Of a stretch of DNA of 64,000 nt, positions 10,086 to 19,948 are shown in pieces. Position 1 is the stretch's first letter. Each line of letters starts with the position of its first letter. Location of the stretch: IMG/VR virus record IMGVR_UViG_3300033153_008203, positions 81,070-145,069 of that record. One strand, written 5' to 3'. The position numbers and the translations under genes are program-made. Below the pieces are notes generated by a model. The model made no database searches. It saw only the letters and a program-made list of their open reading frames with translations, and was not told the origin of the DNA. This DNA is from a virus.

Positions 10086-13000
10086 TTAGCCCTCTATTAG
10101 TCTATCTATCATTTCAGCGGTTATTGTCCTTGAATTGTCATTTATATTAACGTTAACATTAGAAGGCATTTTCATTCTTTCCATTATTTTTTGGCTTATC
10201 TCATTATAGTCTACATTTGCAGATTCCCTACCCCTAATTCTTACAACGCTTGACATAGGAGTTGTGTTTTGATCTACCATTGCCTTTGGCGTATGCTGCA
10301 TAGCTTGTGGTGAACCTACTTGTCCAGCCTTTAATTGGCCTCCCTGTATACTCTCTGGATGTATATACTTAGGCTTAGCCTGAAAATTTAAGTCAGGTAT
10401 AACCATCTCTCCTGCTGATCCTCGTGGAGGTCTTGATGGTGGTGCCATAATATTATGTCCGCCAAAAGGAGTCTCTTCTCTAGATTTTGCACCAAGATAA
10501 AAAAGTCCTCCCGCCAAAGCAGTTGCTGCTGCAACCATTGCTGTTCCTTTACCCATACCAGCAAATTGACCTTTCATCATAGTCTTCACATTAGCAGTAA
10601 GAGTTTCTACAGCAGAATATCCAGTTGCTCCTGATTTCATTGACAAAATAGGATCAGGCATCATAGCACCATGCATTGATCCGCCTGCTGCGTCTGCAGT
10701 TCTCAAGACTCGCATCGGATCACTTGCAAGCCTTAGTGCTGCTGCAGTAGTTGGTCCTTTGCGACCAATGTGCATAAATGCCTTTAGGTCTTCAGCTTTT
10801 ACTGCTGAACCTTTCCTTGCCTTTAAAGATCTAGTAACTATTTCCTCGACATCTATTCCTTGTTCAGCAAGCTTACTCAAATCAAATCTTTTGCCTACCG
10901 CTTCAGATATTTGGCCTGCACCTTCTATTATGCCTTCAGGACTCCTGGCACCACGAATAGCTTTCATTATTCTTTGCGACTCTCCAATCATTGCTTTAGC
11001 TTCTGCTGGAGTCATGTGCTTTGCAGATATGATTTCCTGAGGAACATTTTCATACAATTGCTGTGCACCTGCTATTATTTTTTTATCTCCAGATGCAGCA
11101 GCGCTTTCAAGTATGTCTTCAAATGCAACATCTAATGCTCCTATTTCAGATGTAACTGCCATCTTTAACTGTTCTCCTAGCTGACTGAATTCAACTGCTG
11201 CGGCACCAGATACAGCTCCTCGTTTTGCTCTACTGAATATCGCTGCTGATTTTGCAAAGTCATCAAAGGTAGCAGTAAGCGTTTTGTGCTTTAGCATTTT
11301 TCTAGCAGTTTCTTGTTCCCTTTTATTCATGACTGTTGTGACTATTACATTATCTCCATCATAGTCTCCTCTCAGCACTTTCATGACAGACTCGCTAGCT
11401 TCAAGCTGATGACCAAGTTCGTCAAGCTTAGAATCGTATCTTAGTCTAATTGGAAACGCACCTGTCTTACCTGTTATTGGATGTCTAGCTACTAAACCTT
11501 CAACAGCTTCTCCTCTTAAAAAGGCTTCACGCTGAGACTTTACAAATGCCTTATCGGTTGAGTCTGCCCACATCTTTTCCATAATATTGCGGCTTGCTTT
11601 AACCTCTGCTTCTCTTTCAATCCATCTTCCTGCTTCAGCAGAAGGAAATGGCCCTATGAATCCTGTAGCCTGACTCTGAACTCTCGTGTAAACAAAACCA
11701 GGAGTCTTGGCTTTACCTGCCGTAGCTCTAGCATATTGCGTAGAAAGCTCAATATCAAGATTCTTCATTGCAGCAGTAACGTCTTTCGCTGATTCCTTAG
11801 TCATTACAGCAGAAAGAAGTTCTGAGTATCTTTTAAGTGTTGATAGAGCCTCTCTTTTGCCAGCTTCACCAGGACGCGTTCCCATTCCAGTTACTTCAGT
11901 TATTGACGGCAAATACATATGCTTCTTAAGACCGTATGTCTTTTGTTGCTCTTCTGTAAACTTTAGCAGCGTGCCTTCTTGACTCCATATTGTCTTGTCA
12001 CTGGTTCGCCTAAGCATTGATCTATCAAGCTCCTGTGCACCAGCAAACTGTTGCTCTGTTAGCAGCTTAGAAAGGTTAGCGTCTCCAGCTACAGACAGCA
12101 TTGCTTTTCTTAGTTCTGTTACAGCTCCGTATGACTTGCCCAGTCTTCTTTGGCCTACAATCTCTGCGACTCCTTCTCCTGTAGGTCCTCCTAAACCGGC
12201 CTTCCATATTGCTCTTGTCTCAAATGATCCTTTTACCATCTCATGAGCACCAAGCTCTCCACCTGGAACAACCTGAGCTATACCAAATGCAAATGGGTTC
12301 CTTTTAATATATTCTAGTTCTTTTTCACTGAAATCTATAGCTCCAGACAGTATTGCACTGGATTCTTCTTTTATCTCTTTAGCATATGTGCCAAATACCA
12401 TTCCAAACTCAACACCAGTTAAGCCATGCTTTCTTGACAATGCTAATAGCTTACGCTCAACACCATATGCTTGGCCTTGTACGTCAGAAAGATACTGTAA
12501 TGGATCATCAGTAAACGCATTATTAACACCAGCTTGACTAAGGATATGTCTTAGCCCTGTTGTCATTTGATATTTTCTGGCTCTAGGATCTTTAAATAGT
12601 GCCTCATAATGCGTAAAAGCTTCTGGCTTAATTCCTGTTCCTGAAACTTTTTGTGCATACTTAGCTAACATACTTGACTCTTGAGGCCTCAATACACTTT
12701 TTACTCCACCTTCTCCAAATACTTTTTGGGCTACGCCTCCTCTTACTTGTCTTTCTATCTCTACTGTTACGTAATCGGTGCCTGATGCCTTTTTTACACT
12801 CTTTATTATGTCTGTAATATCGTCACCAACGGTTTGAGATATTAGCTCATCTAAGTCTGATGTCTTTCCACCATATACAACCTCTCCTGCTGCAGTTGTT
12901 GTCTTTAGCAGCTCACGTCCCATACCTAGTCGTGCTCCTGCTGCCAACCTAACAGGTTTCCCTGTTGCTTGTGCTTCGACTATTTCTGGTGCCAAAGGAA

Positions 13001-14519
13001 GAATTCCAGAGCTCTCTAATATACGATACTTACGTGTTGACTGAGTATTAAGCATTTCTGTAATCGTATCTGAAACTGCTATCTCTCCTTCTCTAACGCC
13101 AAGGTCCATCATGTCAGGCATATACAGCATTGGCATATTAAGGTCTCTTATATTGGCCATCTGTATTGCAGCTTCAGCTGTTACTGTCTTTCTTATTCCT
13201 CTTGCCTTCTCAAACATTCTTACACTCTGTACTGCATCACTAGTAAGAGTTGTTTCAGGCCTTATAATATGAAGAGGTTTTCGCGCCCAACGTGTCTCTT
13301 CTCCAAAAGGAACAAGCTTAGTCAAATCTACACCACGCTGAAACGGATAGAACTGTCTACCACCTTCGGTTCTTATTATCTCTCCTTTTGGGCTATAGAA
13401 TATGCCCGGTCTTGCTACTTGTTTCTCTATCCATGCTGGCAAATCTTCTGGAGCCATATCTTTTGGCAACTCTATATTGACTCTACTTGAACGCATTGTT
13501 TCCCAAACTCCAGAGACTCCAGTTTCAGGACCAGCAGGCATAGCTTGAGGAAAAAAGTCCCCATACAGTTTTCTCATGTCTTTTAGATTGTCTTTTCCTT
13601 CCGCCTTAAAATGATGTAATCCAGCATCCCACTTAGCAAGCAACCCATTCTTATTGACAAGGTCTTCTATAATGAACTCTCCAAAGTTTAATAATCTTCC
13701 CTTGGCTCCTTGACGCTCAAGAGTATCTACCTCTCCAAATATGTTAGATGCGAGAGAACTTACGGGCACACTAGAGGTCAATGGTATCTGCATTGTACGT
13801 CTTGCCCTATCAGCTCCAGTTGCCTTGCTTATTCCGAACTGCATGACTGGTGCACCTGCGATCTCTTTAATACTAAAACCAGTGCTTACATCAAACTTAT
13901 CAGGAAAGTTTTTACCTACAAGCTCTGAAACTCTAGCATGTAGCTTAGTTGCATGTCCTTTGTGTGTGCTTCTATTAGTAATATCTAATACTTCTTCAGG
14001 TGCAAAGCTATATTCGGTTGTTAGTCTCTTAACGTCTAAGTCGTCAACCATTGCAACTTGAGACCTTACATTCTTCATCAAAGATGTCCTTCCCATTCTT
14101 TGGGAAAGATTCTCAAGCTTCTGAACAAGTTCTCCAGAACCAACTGATGGAAGCCCATCAACCTCTAGCAACCCTTCGTTTCTCATTAGGTCTTGTACAT
14201 CTGCAACACCTAAATGCCTAAAGGTCTGCATTAAAGCATTACGAGTAGCATGCTCTAACTTGAAGCGCATATTCCTATCCCCTTTATTCTGAATCCTAAT
14301 CAAGTCCTGAAGAATCTGCTGATTTACAGTCGTAGCTTTTACAAATGGCTCTTTGCTTCTAGGGTTAATCATGTTCTGAAGTCCCAGTCTGCCTTGACGA
14401 GACTTAAGCCTATATGGGTCTAAAGAATCTTCTACTGTCTTAAAGTTATACACGCCCTTAACATCACGAAGATGTTGCTTGAGACTTCTATTCTGTTTTT
14501 TTATCTTATTGTCTGACAT
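10086..14519 (-). CDS. putative virion-associated single-subunit two-barrel (DPBB) RNA polymerase
   Basis: Beta-prime-like catalytic DYDGD (11352-11366) preceded by RHP. Beta-like K-x7-K motif KVFGEGGVK (12699-12725) and EGEIAVS. C-terminal hydrophobic helix. Start placed at the ATG overlapping the upstream stop (TAATG, 14519). Confidence 0.75.
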   Translation of the reverse strand: MSDNKIKKQNRSLKQHLRDVKGVYNFKTVEDSLDPYRLKSRQGRLGLQNMINPRSKEPFVKATTVNQQILQDLIRIQNKGDRNMRFKLEHATRNALMQTFRHLGVADVQDLMRNEGLLEVDGLPSVGSGELVQKLENLSQRMGRTSLMKNVRSQVAMVDDLDVKRLTTEYSFAPEEVLDITNRSTHKGHATKLHARVSELVGKNFPDKFDVSTGFSIKEIAGAPVMQFGISKATGADRARRTMQIPLTSSVPVSSLASNIFGEVDTLERQGAKGRLLNFGEFIIEDLVNKNGLLAKWDAGLHHFKAEGKDNLKDMRKLYGDFFPQAMPAGPETGVSGVWETMRSSRVNIELPKDMAPEDLPAWIEKQVARPGIFYSPKGEIIRTEGGRQFYPFQRGVDLTKLVPFGEETRWARKPLHIIRPETTLTSDAVQSVRMFEKARGIRKTVTAEAAIQMANIRDLNMPMLYMPDMMDLGVREGEIAVSDTITEMLNTQSTRKYRILESSGILPLAPEIVEAQATGKPVRLAAGARLGMGRELLKTTTAAGEVVYGGKTSDLDELISQTVGDDITDIIKSVKKASGTDYVTVEIERQVRGGVAQKVFGEGGVKSVLRPQESSMLAKYAQKVSGTGIKPEAFTHYEALFKDPRARKYQMTTGLRHILSQAGVNNAFTDDPLQYLSDVQGQAYGVERKLLALSRKHGLTGVEFGMVFGTYAKEIKEESSAILSGAIDFSEKELEYIKRNPFAFGIAQVVPGGELGAHEMVKGSFETRAIWKAGLGGPTGEGVAEIVGQRRLGKSYGAVTELRKAMLSVAGDANLSKLLTEQQFAGAQELDRSMLRRTSDKTIWSQEGTLLKFTEEQQKTYGLKKHMYLPSITEVTGMGTRPGEAGKREALSTLKRYSELLSAVMTKESAKDVTAAMKNLDIELSTQYARATAGKAKTPGFVYTRVQSQATGFIGPFPSAEAGRWIEREAEVKASRNIMEKMWADSTDKAFVKSQREAFLRGEAVEGLVARHPITGKTGAFPIRLRYDSKLDELGHQLEASESVMKVLRGDYDGDNVIVTTVMNKREQETARKMLKHKTLTATFDDFAKSAAIFSRAKRGAVSGAAAVEFSQLGEQLKMAVTSEIGALDVAFEDILESAAASGDKKIIAGAQQLYENVPQEIISAKHMTPAEAKAMIGESQRIMKAIRGARSPEGIIEGAGQISEAVGKRFDLSKLAEQGIDVEEIVTRSLKARKGSAVKAEDLKAFMHIGRKGPTTAAALRLASDPMRVLRTADAAGGSMHGAMMPDPILSMKSGATGYSAVETLTANVKTMMKGQFAGMGKGTAMVAAATALAGGLFYLGAKSREETPFGGHNIMAPPSRPPRGSAGEMVIPDLNFQAKPKYIHPESIQGGQLKAGQVGSPQAMQHTPKAMVDQNTTPMSSVVRIRGRESANVDYNEISQKIMERMKMPSNVNVNINDNSRTITAEMIDRLIEG

Positions 14520-17500
14520 TAAATCCAACCTTCCTTAACAGCGTTCTCGAATCCAACCTGCAATGAATCCCTTGTTATATCAAGATCTATTATGTTTTGC
14601 GGGTCCTTCTTTAGAAACTTATCTACAGTAATATTAACGTCTTCGACCCCGTAACTAGCTAAGATATCATGTAAAGCTGCTCTCATATCACCTGCTGACA
14701 TATCACCTTCCATATGTGTGACCTGCTCGATTGCATCTTCATCTATGTATGGTTTGTATGGAAGAGTCTTTTCTCTTGACTCCCAAAGATTAAAGTCATG
14801 CACATCTTTTCCTTCATTCTTTACCACAACAAACTTAATATCCTCTAAGTCTGTCTGTGGATGAAACCCTACGAAATCATTCCTAGGCAATGGATGACTT
14901 TTAAAGTAGTCTTCCAGCAATCTCTCACGTTGAAAATCTGCATAGCTCATTGCTATATCTTCTGAGACATCATCTTCATAGTTTTTATAGGCAGCCATAG
15001 CAGACGGATCAACTGCTTGACCTTCAGATATTCTTCGCCTATGAAGCTCCTCAAGCATCTCATGTTGTTCAGTAGAGAGACTTCCTTTTATTTTTCTCTC
15101 AGCAAACAGCTGATTCATCATGTCAAGATTCCACCTAGCTTGAACCAAATGACGCTCATGCTTCGGCAACATGTCCATTATGAGCTCTCTCTCTGATTCT
15201 GTAGATGCACGTGCAAATGCATCGAAATAAGGCTTGTCTCTCTTTTGCATCGCAAGCAATCCGTTAAGAGGATTTCCATATGGATCAGCTCCAAATGCTG
15301 TCCTACGTCTTATCTTTTCGTACTCTTCAGCAGTCTCTGTATCACCTTGTGTAAGCGCCAGATTCTTAAGTCTTGTAAACTTAACATACTTTAGTTTGTC
15401 AAAGTATTCTTCTATCTCGTTTCTTTCTTTTATGTGTTGAGGTAGCTCTCTCACACCTGCATACTTATATCCTGCATAATGAAGCATTGGCCTCAAGAAG
15501 TTCTCCCATGGCCTATCCCAAAATGCAGCAGATGTTCCGTATGCCTCTGCAGCAGCATACTCTTCTACAGCAGTCCTTGTCTTAGTACCAAGAAACTTAT
15601 GGAACGGAGAAAAAGGAGTCAGATATTCTGACGGATCATCAATAGCACGAATTCCAGTTTCCCAATATGCTCCAACTAGTTGCTCGAATGGATTATACGC
15701 AATCTGACCTGTTAGTTGTCCTGCAGACGCTTTATCATATTCAGCAAGCTCTGCTTCAAGCAGCATCCTATTTAGATTAACTCCTTCTCCAGTCCTGACT
15801 ACAGCTCTTATTTCTGGCTTATCTGATTTTGTTTTAGAGTACTGCCTTAATATATCTCCAGACATCTCTATCTCTACCTGAGTTCCAGCAGCTACACCAA
15901 GACCTGCAAGCTCTCGTGATGCTCTCATTCTCCTTTGATTAGCCCTGATTCCTGCTTCTTGTTGTGTAAGCTCGTTGTTTTCTTTTATGGCCATTCTAGA
16001 GAATGCTGATTGGCTTGTCTTTAGTCCTGCCATGGCTATTGTGACACCAGGCATTTCTTCTATCTCAAACTTGCCAGGCTCTATCATCTTGGAAATAGTG
16101 ACAGTTCTTGTCTCAGTTTCACGATCTATAAACTGCTTCTGTTCTCTGAATTCTTTAAATATTTTTTTCTGTTGCAACTGATCCTGAATCGTCTGATAAA
16201 GCTGCTCATCTCTTTCATTAAGAGTTCCTTGTTTACGCAGGCCTTGAACCATTTGCTTATAGAATTTAGTCTGAGGAGAATAAGGAGACACATCAGAAAG
16301 AATCTTATATCTCCACATTAGTGAATAGTTTTTTGGATCTATTCCCTCAAGCTCAGGATAAAGAGCTTCCATTCCTCTTCCCGGTAAGCGTAACTCTCCC
16401 TCTAGTATTTTGCCAAATGCAAAACCATGTTGAAAGTCAGGAGAAGGCTGGCCAGGTCCAGGCAACCATCCTGGCATTGTATTTTTTATTGGATTAAATA
16501 AATCTATGCCTCTACGTCTATGCGGATATAAACGTCTGAACAGCTCTGTTGAGAGCGCTCCACCACCAATTTGGAGGTCCCAGTAGGCTCTCTCTATTCC
16601 AGTGGCTCTACTGGCAGATTCTAGCCTCTCATACTGATCATAGAACTCCTCAGTACCGGTTAACATGCCTTTTGCTACAGTTAAACTATAGCCAGGTAGA
16701 CCGAACATTTCTGTGAGCCTATAAGCCTGTTCACCAAATGCTTGTGTAGGACTGTATGGGTCTACAGGTATTCCTCTAGGAATCTCTCCAAGATCATATG
16801 CTGGTGTCTCACCAAATGGTCTAGGCAACCTTTTAACTTCCATCTGCCCAGGTCCATATCCATATCCTTCTAGCTCTCCTTTCATCTGTCCAATAGGAAT
16901 AGACATCTGTCCTGGATCAGCTATACCTGGACCAAATCCTGCTGGTCCAAACGATGGTCCAACTTGTCTCATCCATTCTTCGGTATGCATCAGCTTGGAA
17001 GGCTTAATTACCTGTCCAATTGTTGCTGCAAGCATTGGCCCAATGAAAGGAACATCTTCAAATGCTGGAGCTGTTACTGGAAACGGGAACTCATAATAAT
17101 GTTCTTTCTCCCACTTGTATGGATCCATTAAGTATCCAATAGGATTATATATTGGATCAGATAAGATCTTCTGTCCTTCACTTCCATATAGGGCTTTAAC
17201 TTTTCCCCGCGATAAATAAGACGGAATGAAGTGCTTACGGAAATACTGTATGCGCCCGCCTTCATAAGGAGAATTGTGAACAAGAAATTCTCCTGCCACA
17301 AACAAATGATCTTCATCGTCTATCTCAAAATCATAAACTATATCATCATAATTATATGTCTCAACCTTTCTAATAACCGAAAACAGTCTTCCATCATAGA
17401 TTTGCATAGATCTATTAGAACAGTTATTCTTAGTATAAAATCTTAATCTCCATTTTCCTTTAAAGTCATTCTCTTCTTTTGGGCCTATCCCACATAGCAT

Positions 17501-19888
17501 ACCTAAGTTAAGAGCCATTAGCCGCACATCTTCAAGCAAGTGTTTTCTAGAAGAGCTTATAATCATAGCAAACTTATCAAGATGCCCATCTCCTCTCCAA
17601 TATCCTTCAATCAAGTCTTTCTTAAATGCATCTGGAGCATCTAAGAATATTCTTGGAATACACTTGTCATTAAGCTTATGATCATTATCATAGAATAATC
17701 CATAAAAAAGCTTTGCTAAAATACTACTGCATATTCTGACTATCCATGCACCTTCTATAGCTTTAGTAAAATTAGTCCTATGTTTAAAGGCAGGAGTTAT
17801 ATTAAAATATTTTTCACAAATCTCTACTATATCATCAACTATCCATTTCTCTGACACAGCATGTACAGTTTCTATAAACTGTGGAACTTTACCATCTCTA
17901 AAAGAAAGATTTCCTTCTGCTAAAAAATACCCAAATAGTCTTCCTATATCAGCATTTAAGACTATATCACTAGAGATAGAATGTTTTCCACTCCTTTGGT
18001 AGTTTTTTGTATGCCAATTCTTTTGAGCAGAGTAAATTTTACCGTATTGCTCTATAATAGGAAAATCTATAAAATCAGCAGCACTTATAGTCTCAACACT
18101 GTTTTTAAGTTTTCTAAAAGGAGTCTCTACAAAGTCTCCATATTTAATATTCCTAGCTTCTTCCTCTATCAATTCTCCTTTTCTAATGATTGGCACAATA
18201 TGATTCCCTGTCAGGTCGGTAGTATTGTCTCTATCGAATGCAGAAGAAAAGCTATACATAGTTTCATTTGCATCTCTAGTATAGATGTCTATGACTTTGA
18301 CTTTTCTATATCCTCTTCCAACTAAGATATCCCCTACTTTGATATCTTCTGCACTAATGCTATGGTCCATGAAAAGCTTGCAAGTAGTTGATTTCATTAA
18401 ACATCTTCCGGCCTCCCACCAGCGACCTTTTCTTATTGCAACTTCTTTTTCACCAGAGTATATCGCTGCAAGCTCTTCCGATGTCTCAGTACCTGCTATT
18501 GCTCCAGGAAAGAACGGTGCTGCAAATGCTAATCCAAGAAGTCCACCTGTTCTCCTCAATGCACTAGAAAGATTTCTTTGTTTAAATCCTAGCTTCTTAC
18601 CTATTCCAAAGAACGTATTATAGTTCTTTTCCTTAAACTTATTGGCAGCTATCAACGCAGCTTCAGCAGCGCCAACTCCTGGCCTCATTGCTTCACGTGC
18701 AGTATAGGCAAGTCTGGCTCCATATGCACCGAAGCCAAGCATTGCTCCTTTAAGTGGGAATGCAGATAAACCTAGTAAGCTTGTAGATCCTGGTGCTATC
18801 TCTTCCTGACGAGTTGCATACTCTTGCATGCCAGTGGCTTCCATAAGCTTGGCTTTCATGATCTTTGCTTGAGCATAACCACCAAGCACTGTTCCGCTTA
18901 TCATGTTACCAGTTGCATAGTCAGCTAATTGAAATCCTTTCCATAGTGCTACAGCCGGCAACACTCTTCTTGTAAGGTAACGTCCTATAGTCTGATGTGC
19001 TACACCAGGCTTTATCTCTGGAAACACCTTGTTAAACGCTTTTGCTGCTAAAGAGCCTTGTACTTTTGGCCCAACTTTTGATTTTATTTTGTCAGCCAGA
19101 TCACGCATTACTGGCAGCTCTGCTATCTCTGTAGGTGAAACTCTGAGAATCCTGTTGGTCATCTCAGTTGCACTTGTAAAGCCAAACCTAGCATAAGCGT
19201 GTGCTATATTTCTTCCACCTATAGGCAAGAACTCTTTAGTTGAGAACTTGAGATCGTCTGCACCTATTGCTCTGACATAGTTTTTAAAAAATTCCGCCTG
19301 ACCAAGTTCCCTATATGTTCTGAGCTTACTAGCTCTACCAAGTACTGTAGCGCCTAGTCCTTGTTTTTTAGAAACGTCTGCACCAATCCTAAGCTTACCT
19401 TCACTGAGGACAAGACCTCTTGACAAGATGTCGTCTTTATGCTTAGTAAATACATCTTTACCTAGAAGCTTTCCAAGATACTTCTGTCTACTTGGGTCGT
19501 CCCAGAATTGGCCTCTCCATGTTGTTTGACCAGATGCAACTCTTTCTAGTGGACTAAGTGCTTCACTTACTCTAAACGTAGATAGGATTTGTGCAGGTGA
19601 TGCCCGTTCAACGAATTTGGCTGCACCTATATATTTGTCCCATACCCTATCTTTCAGTGAGTATGCGACTCCTTTTTGTCCTGGTAATGGTATCGCTCCT
19701 GCTGCAAATACTGCTGCACCAACCATGCCTGCAGCTGCAAGTATAGATCTCTGTTCTCCTTCTGAGACAACAGGACGCTGAGGACCAGCTGCCCACATTG
19801 TGGGTTCAGTTGCAGGTGTACGATAATCTGTTTGAGTAACAGAAGTATTTTGATTTATTGGGAATCCAGGTATATCAGGTCTTGACAT
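14519..19888 (-). CDS. giant tape-measure/ejection-type virion protein with intein and SNase-like domain
   Basis: 1789 aa following the tail chaperones. Several Gly/Ala-rich hydrophobic helices, an intein at aa 496-872, and a thermonuclease-like segment (GVNLNRMLLEAELAEY). Confidence 0.6.
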   Translation of the reverse strand: MSRPDIPGFPINQNTSVTQTDYRTPATEPTMWAAGPQRPVVSEGEQRSILAAAGMVGAAVFAAGAIPLPGQKGVAYSLKDRVWDKYIGAAKFVERASPAQILSTFRVSEALSPLERVASGQTTWRGQFWDDPSRQKYLGKLLGKDVFTKHKDDILSRGLVLSEGKLRIGADVSKKQGLGATVLGRASKLRTYRELGQAEFFKNYVRAIGADDLKFSTKEFLPIGGRNIAHAYARFGFTSATEMTNRILRVSPTEIAELPVMRDLADKIKSKVGPKVQGSLAAKAFNKVFPEIKPGVAHQTIGRYLTRRVLPAVALWKGFQLADYATGNMISGTVLGGYAQAKIMKAKLMEATGMQEYATRQEEIAPGSTSLLGLSAFPLKGAMLGFGAYGARLAYTAREAMRPGVGAAEAALIAANKFKEKNYNTFFGIGKKLGFKQRNLSSALRRTGGLLGLAFAAPFFPGAIAGTETSEELAAIYSGEKEVAIRKGRWWEAGRCLMKSTTCKLFMDHSISAEDIKVGDILVGRGYRKVKVIDIYTRDANETMYSFSSAFDRDNTTDLTGNHIVPIIRKGELIEEEARNIKYGDFVETPFRKLKNSVETISAADFIDFPIIEQYGKIYSAQKNWHTKNYQRSGKHSISSDIVLNADIGRLFGYFLAEGNLSFRDGKVPQFIETVHAVSEKWIVDDIVEICEKYFNITPAFKHRTNFTKAIEGAWIVRICSSILAKLFYGLFYDNDHKLNDKCIPRIFLDAPDAFKKDLIEGYWRGDGHLDKFAMIISSSRKHLLEDVRLMALNLGMLCGIGPKEENDFKGKWRLRFYTKNNCSNRSMQIYDGRLFSVIRKVETYNYDDIVYDFEIDDEDHLFVAGEFLVHNSPYEGGRIQYFRKHFIPSYLSRGKVKALYGSEGQKILSDPIYNPIGYLMDPYKWEKEHYYEFPFPVTAPAFEDVPFIGPMLAATIGQVIKPSKLMHTEEWMRQVGPSFGPAGFGPGIADPGQMSIPIGQMKGELEGYGYGPGQMEVKRLPRPFGETPAYDLGEIPRGIPVDPYSPTQAFGEQAYRLTEMFGLPGYSLTVAKGMLTGTEEFYDQYERLESASRATGIERAYWDLQIGGGALSTELFRRLYPHRRRGIDLFNPIKNTMPGWLPGPGQPSPDFQHGFAFGKILEGELRLPGRGMEALYPELEGIDPKNYSLMWRYKILSDVSPYSPQTKFYKQMVQGLRKQGTLNERDEQLYQTIQDQLQQKKIFKEFREQKQFIDRETETRTVTISKMIEPGKFEIEEMPGVTIAMAGLKTSQSAFSRMAIKENNELTQQEAGIRANQRRMRASRELAGLGVAAGTQVEIEMSGDILRQYSKTKSDKPEIRAVVRTGEGVNLNRMLLEAELAEYDKASAGQLTGQIAYNPFEQLVGAYWETGIRAIDDPSEYLTPFSPFHKFLGTKTRTAVEEYAAAEAYGTSAAFWDRPWENFLRPMLHYAGYKYAGVRELPQHIKERNEIEEYFDKLKYVKFTRLKNLALTQGDTETAEEYEKIRRRTAFGADPYGNPLNGLLAMQKRDKPYFDAFARASTESERELIMDMLPKHERHLVQARWNLDMMNQLFAERKIKGSLSTEQHEMLEELHRRRISEGQAVDPSAMAAYKNYEDDVSEDIAMSYADFQRERLLEDYFKSHPLPRNDFVGFHPQTDLEDIKFVVVKNEGKDVHDFNLWESREKTLPYKPYIDEDAIEQVTHMEGDMSAGDMRAALHDILASYGVEDVNITVDKFLKKDPQNIIDLDITRDSLQVGFENAVKEGWI
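17273..18403 (-). mobile_element. intein with LAGLIDADG homing endonuclease (377 aa) in the giant virion protein
   Basis: Starts Cys (GR|CLMKSTT) and ends VYDFEI...LVHN|S. LAGLIDADG blocks LFGYFLAEGNL and LIEGYWRGDGHL. Confidence 0.93.
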
Positions 19889-19895
19889 AATTCAC

Positions 19896-19940
19896 AAAAA
19901 AATAAGGGGAGAAAACAACTACTTAGTCATGTTTCTCCCC
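19896..19940 (-). terminator. intrinsic terminator after the tail chaperone genes
   Basis: Minus strand GGGGAGAAAC...GTTTTCTCCCC stem followed by TTATTTTTTT. Confidence 0.8.
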
Positions 19941-19948
19941 AGGTTTAA

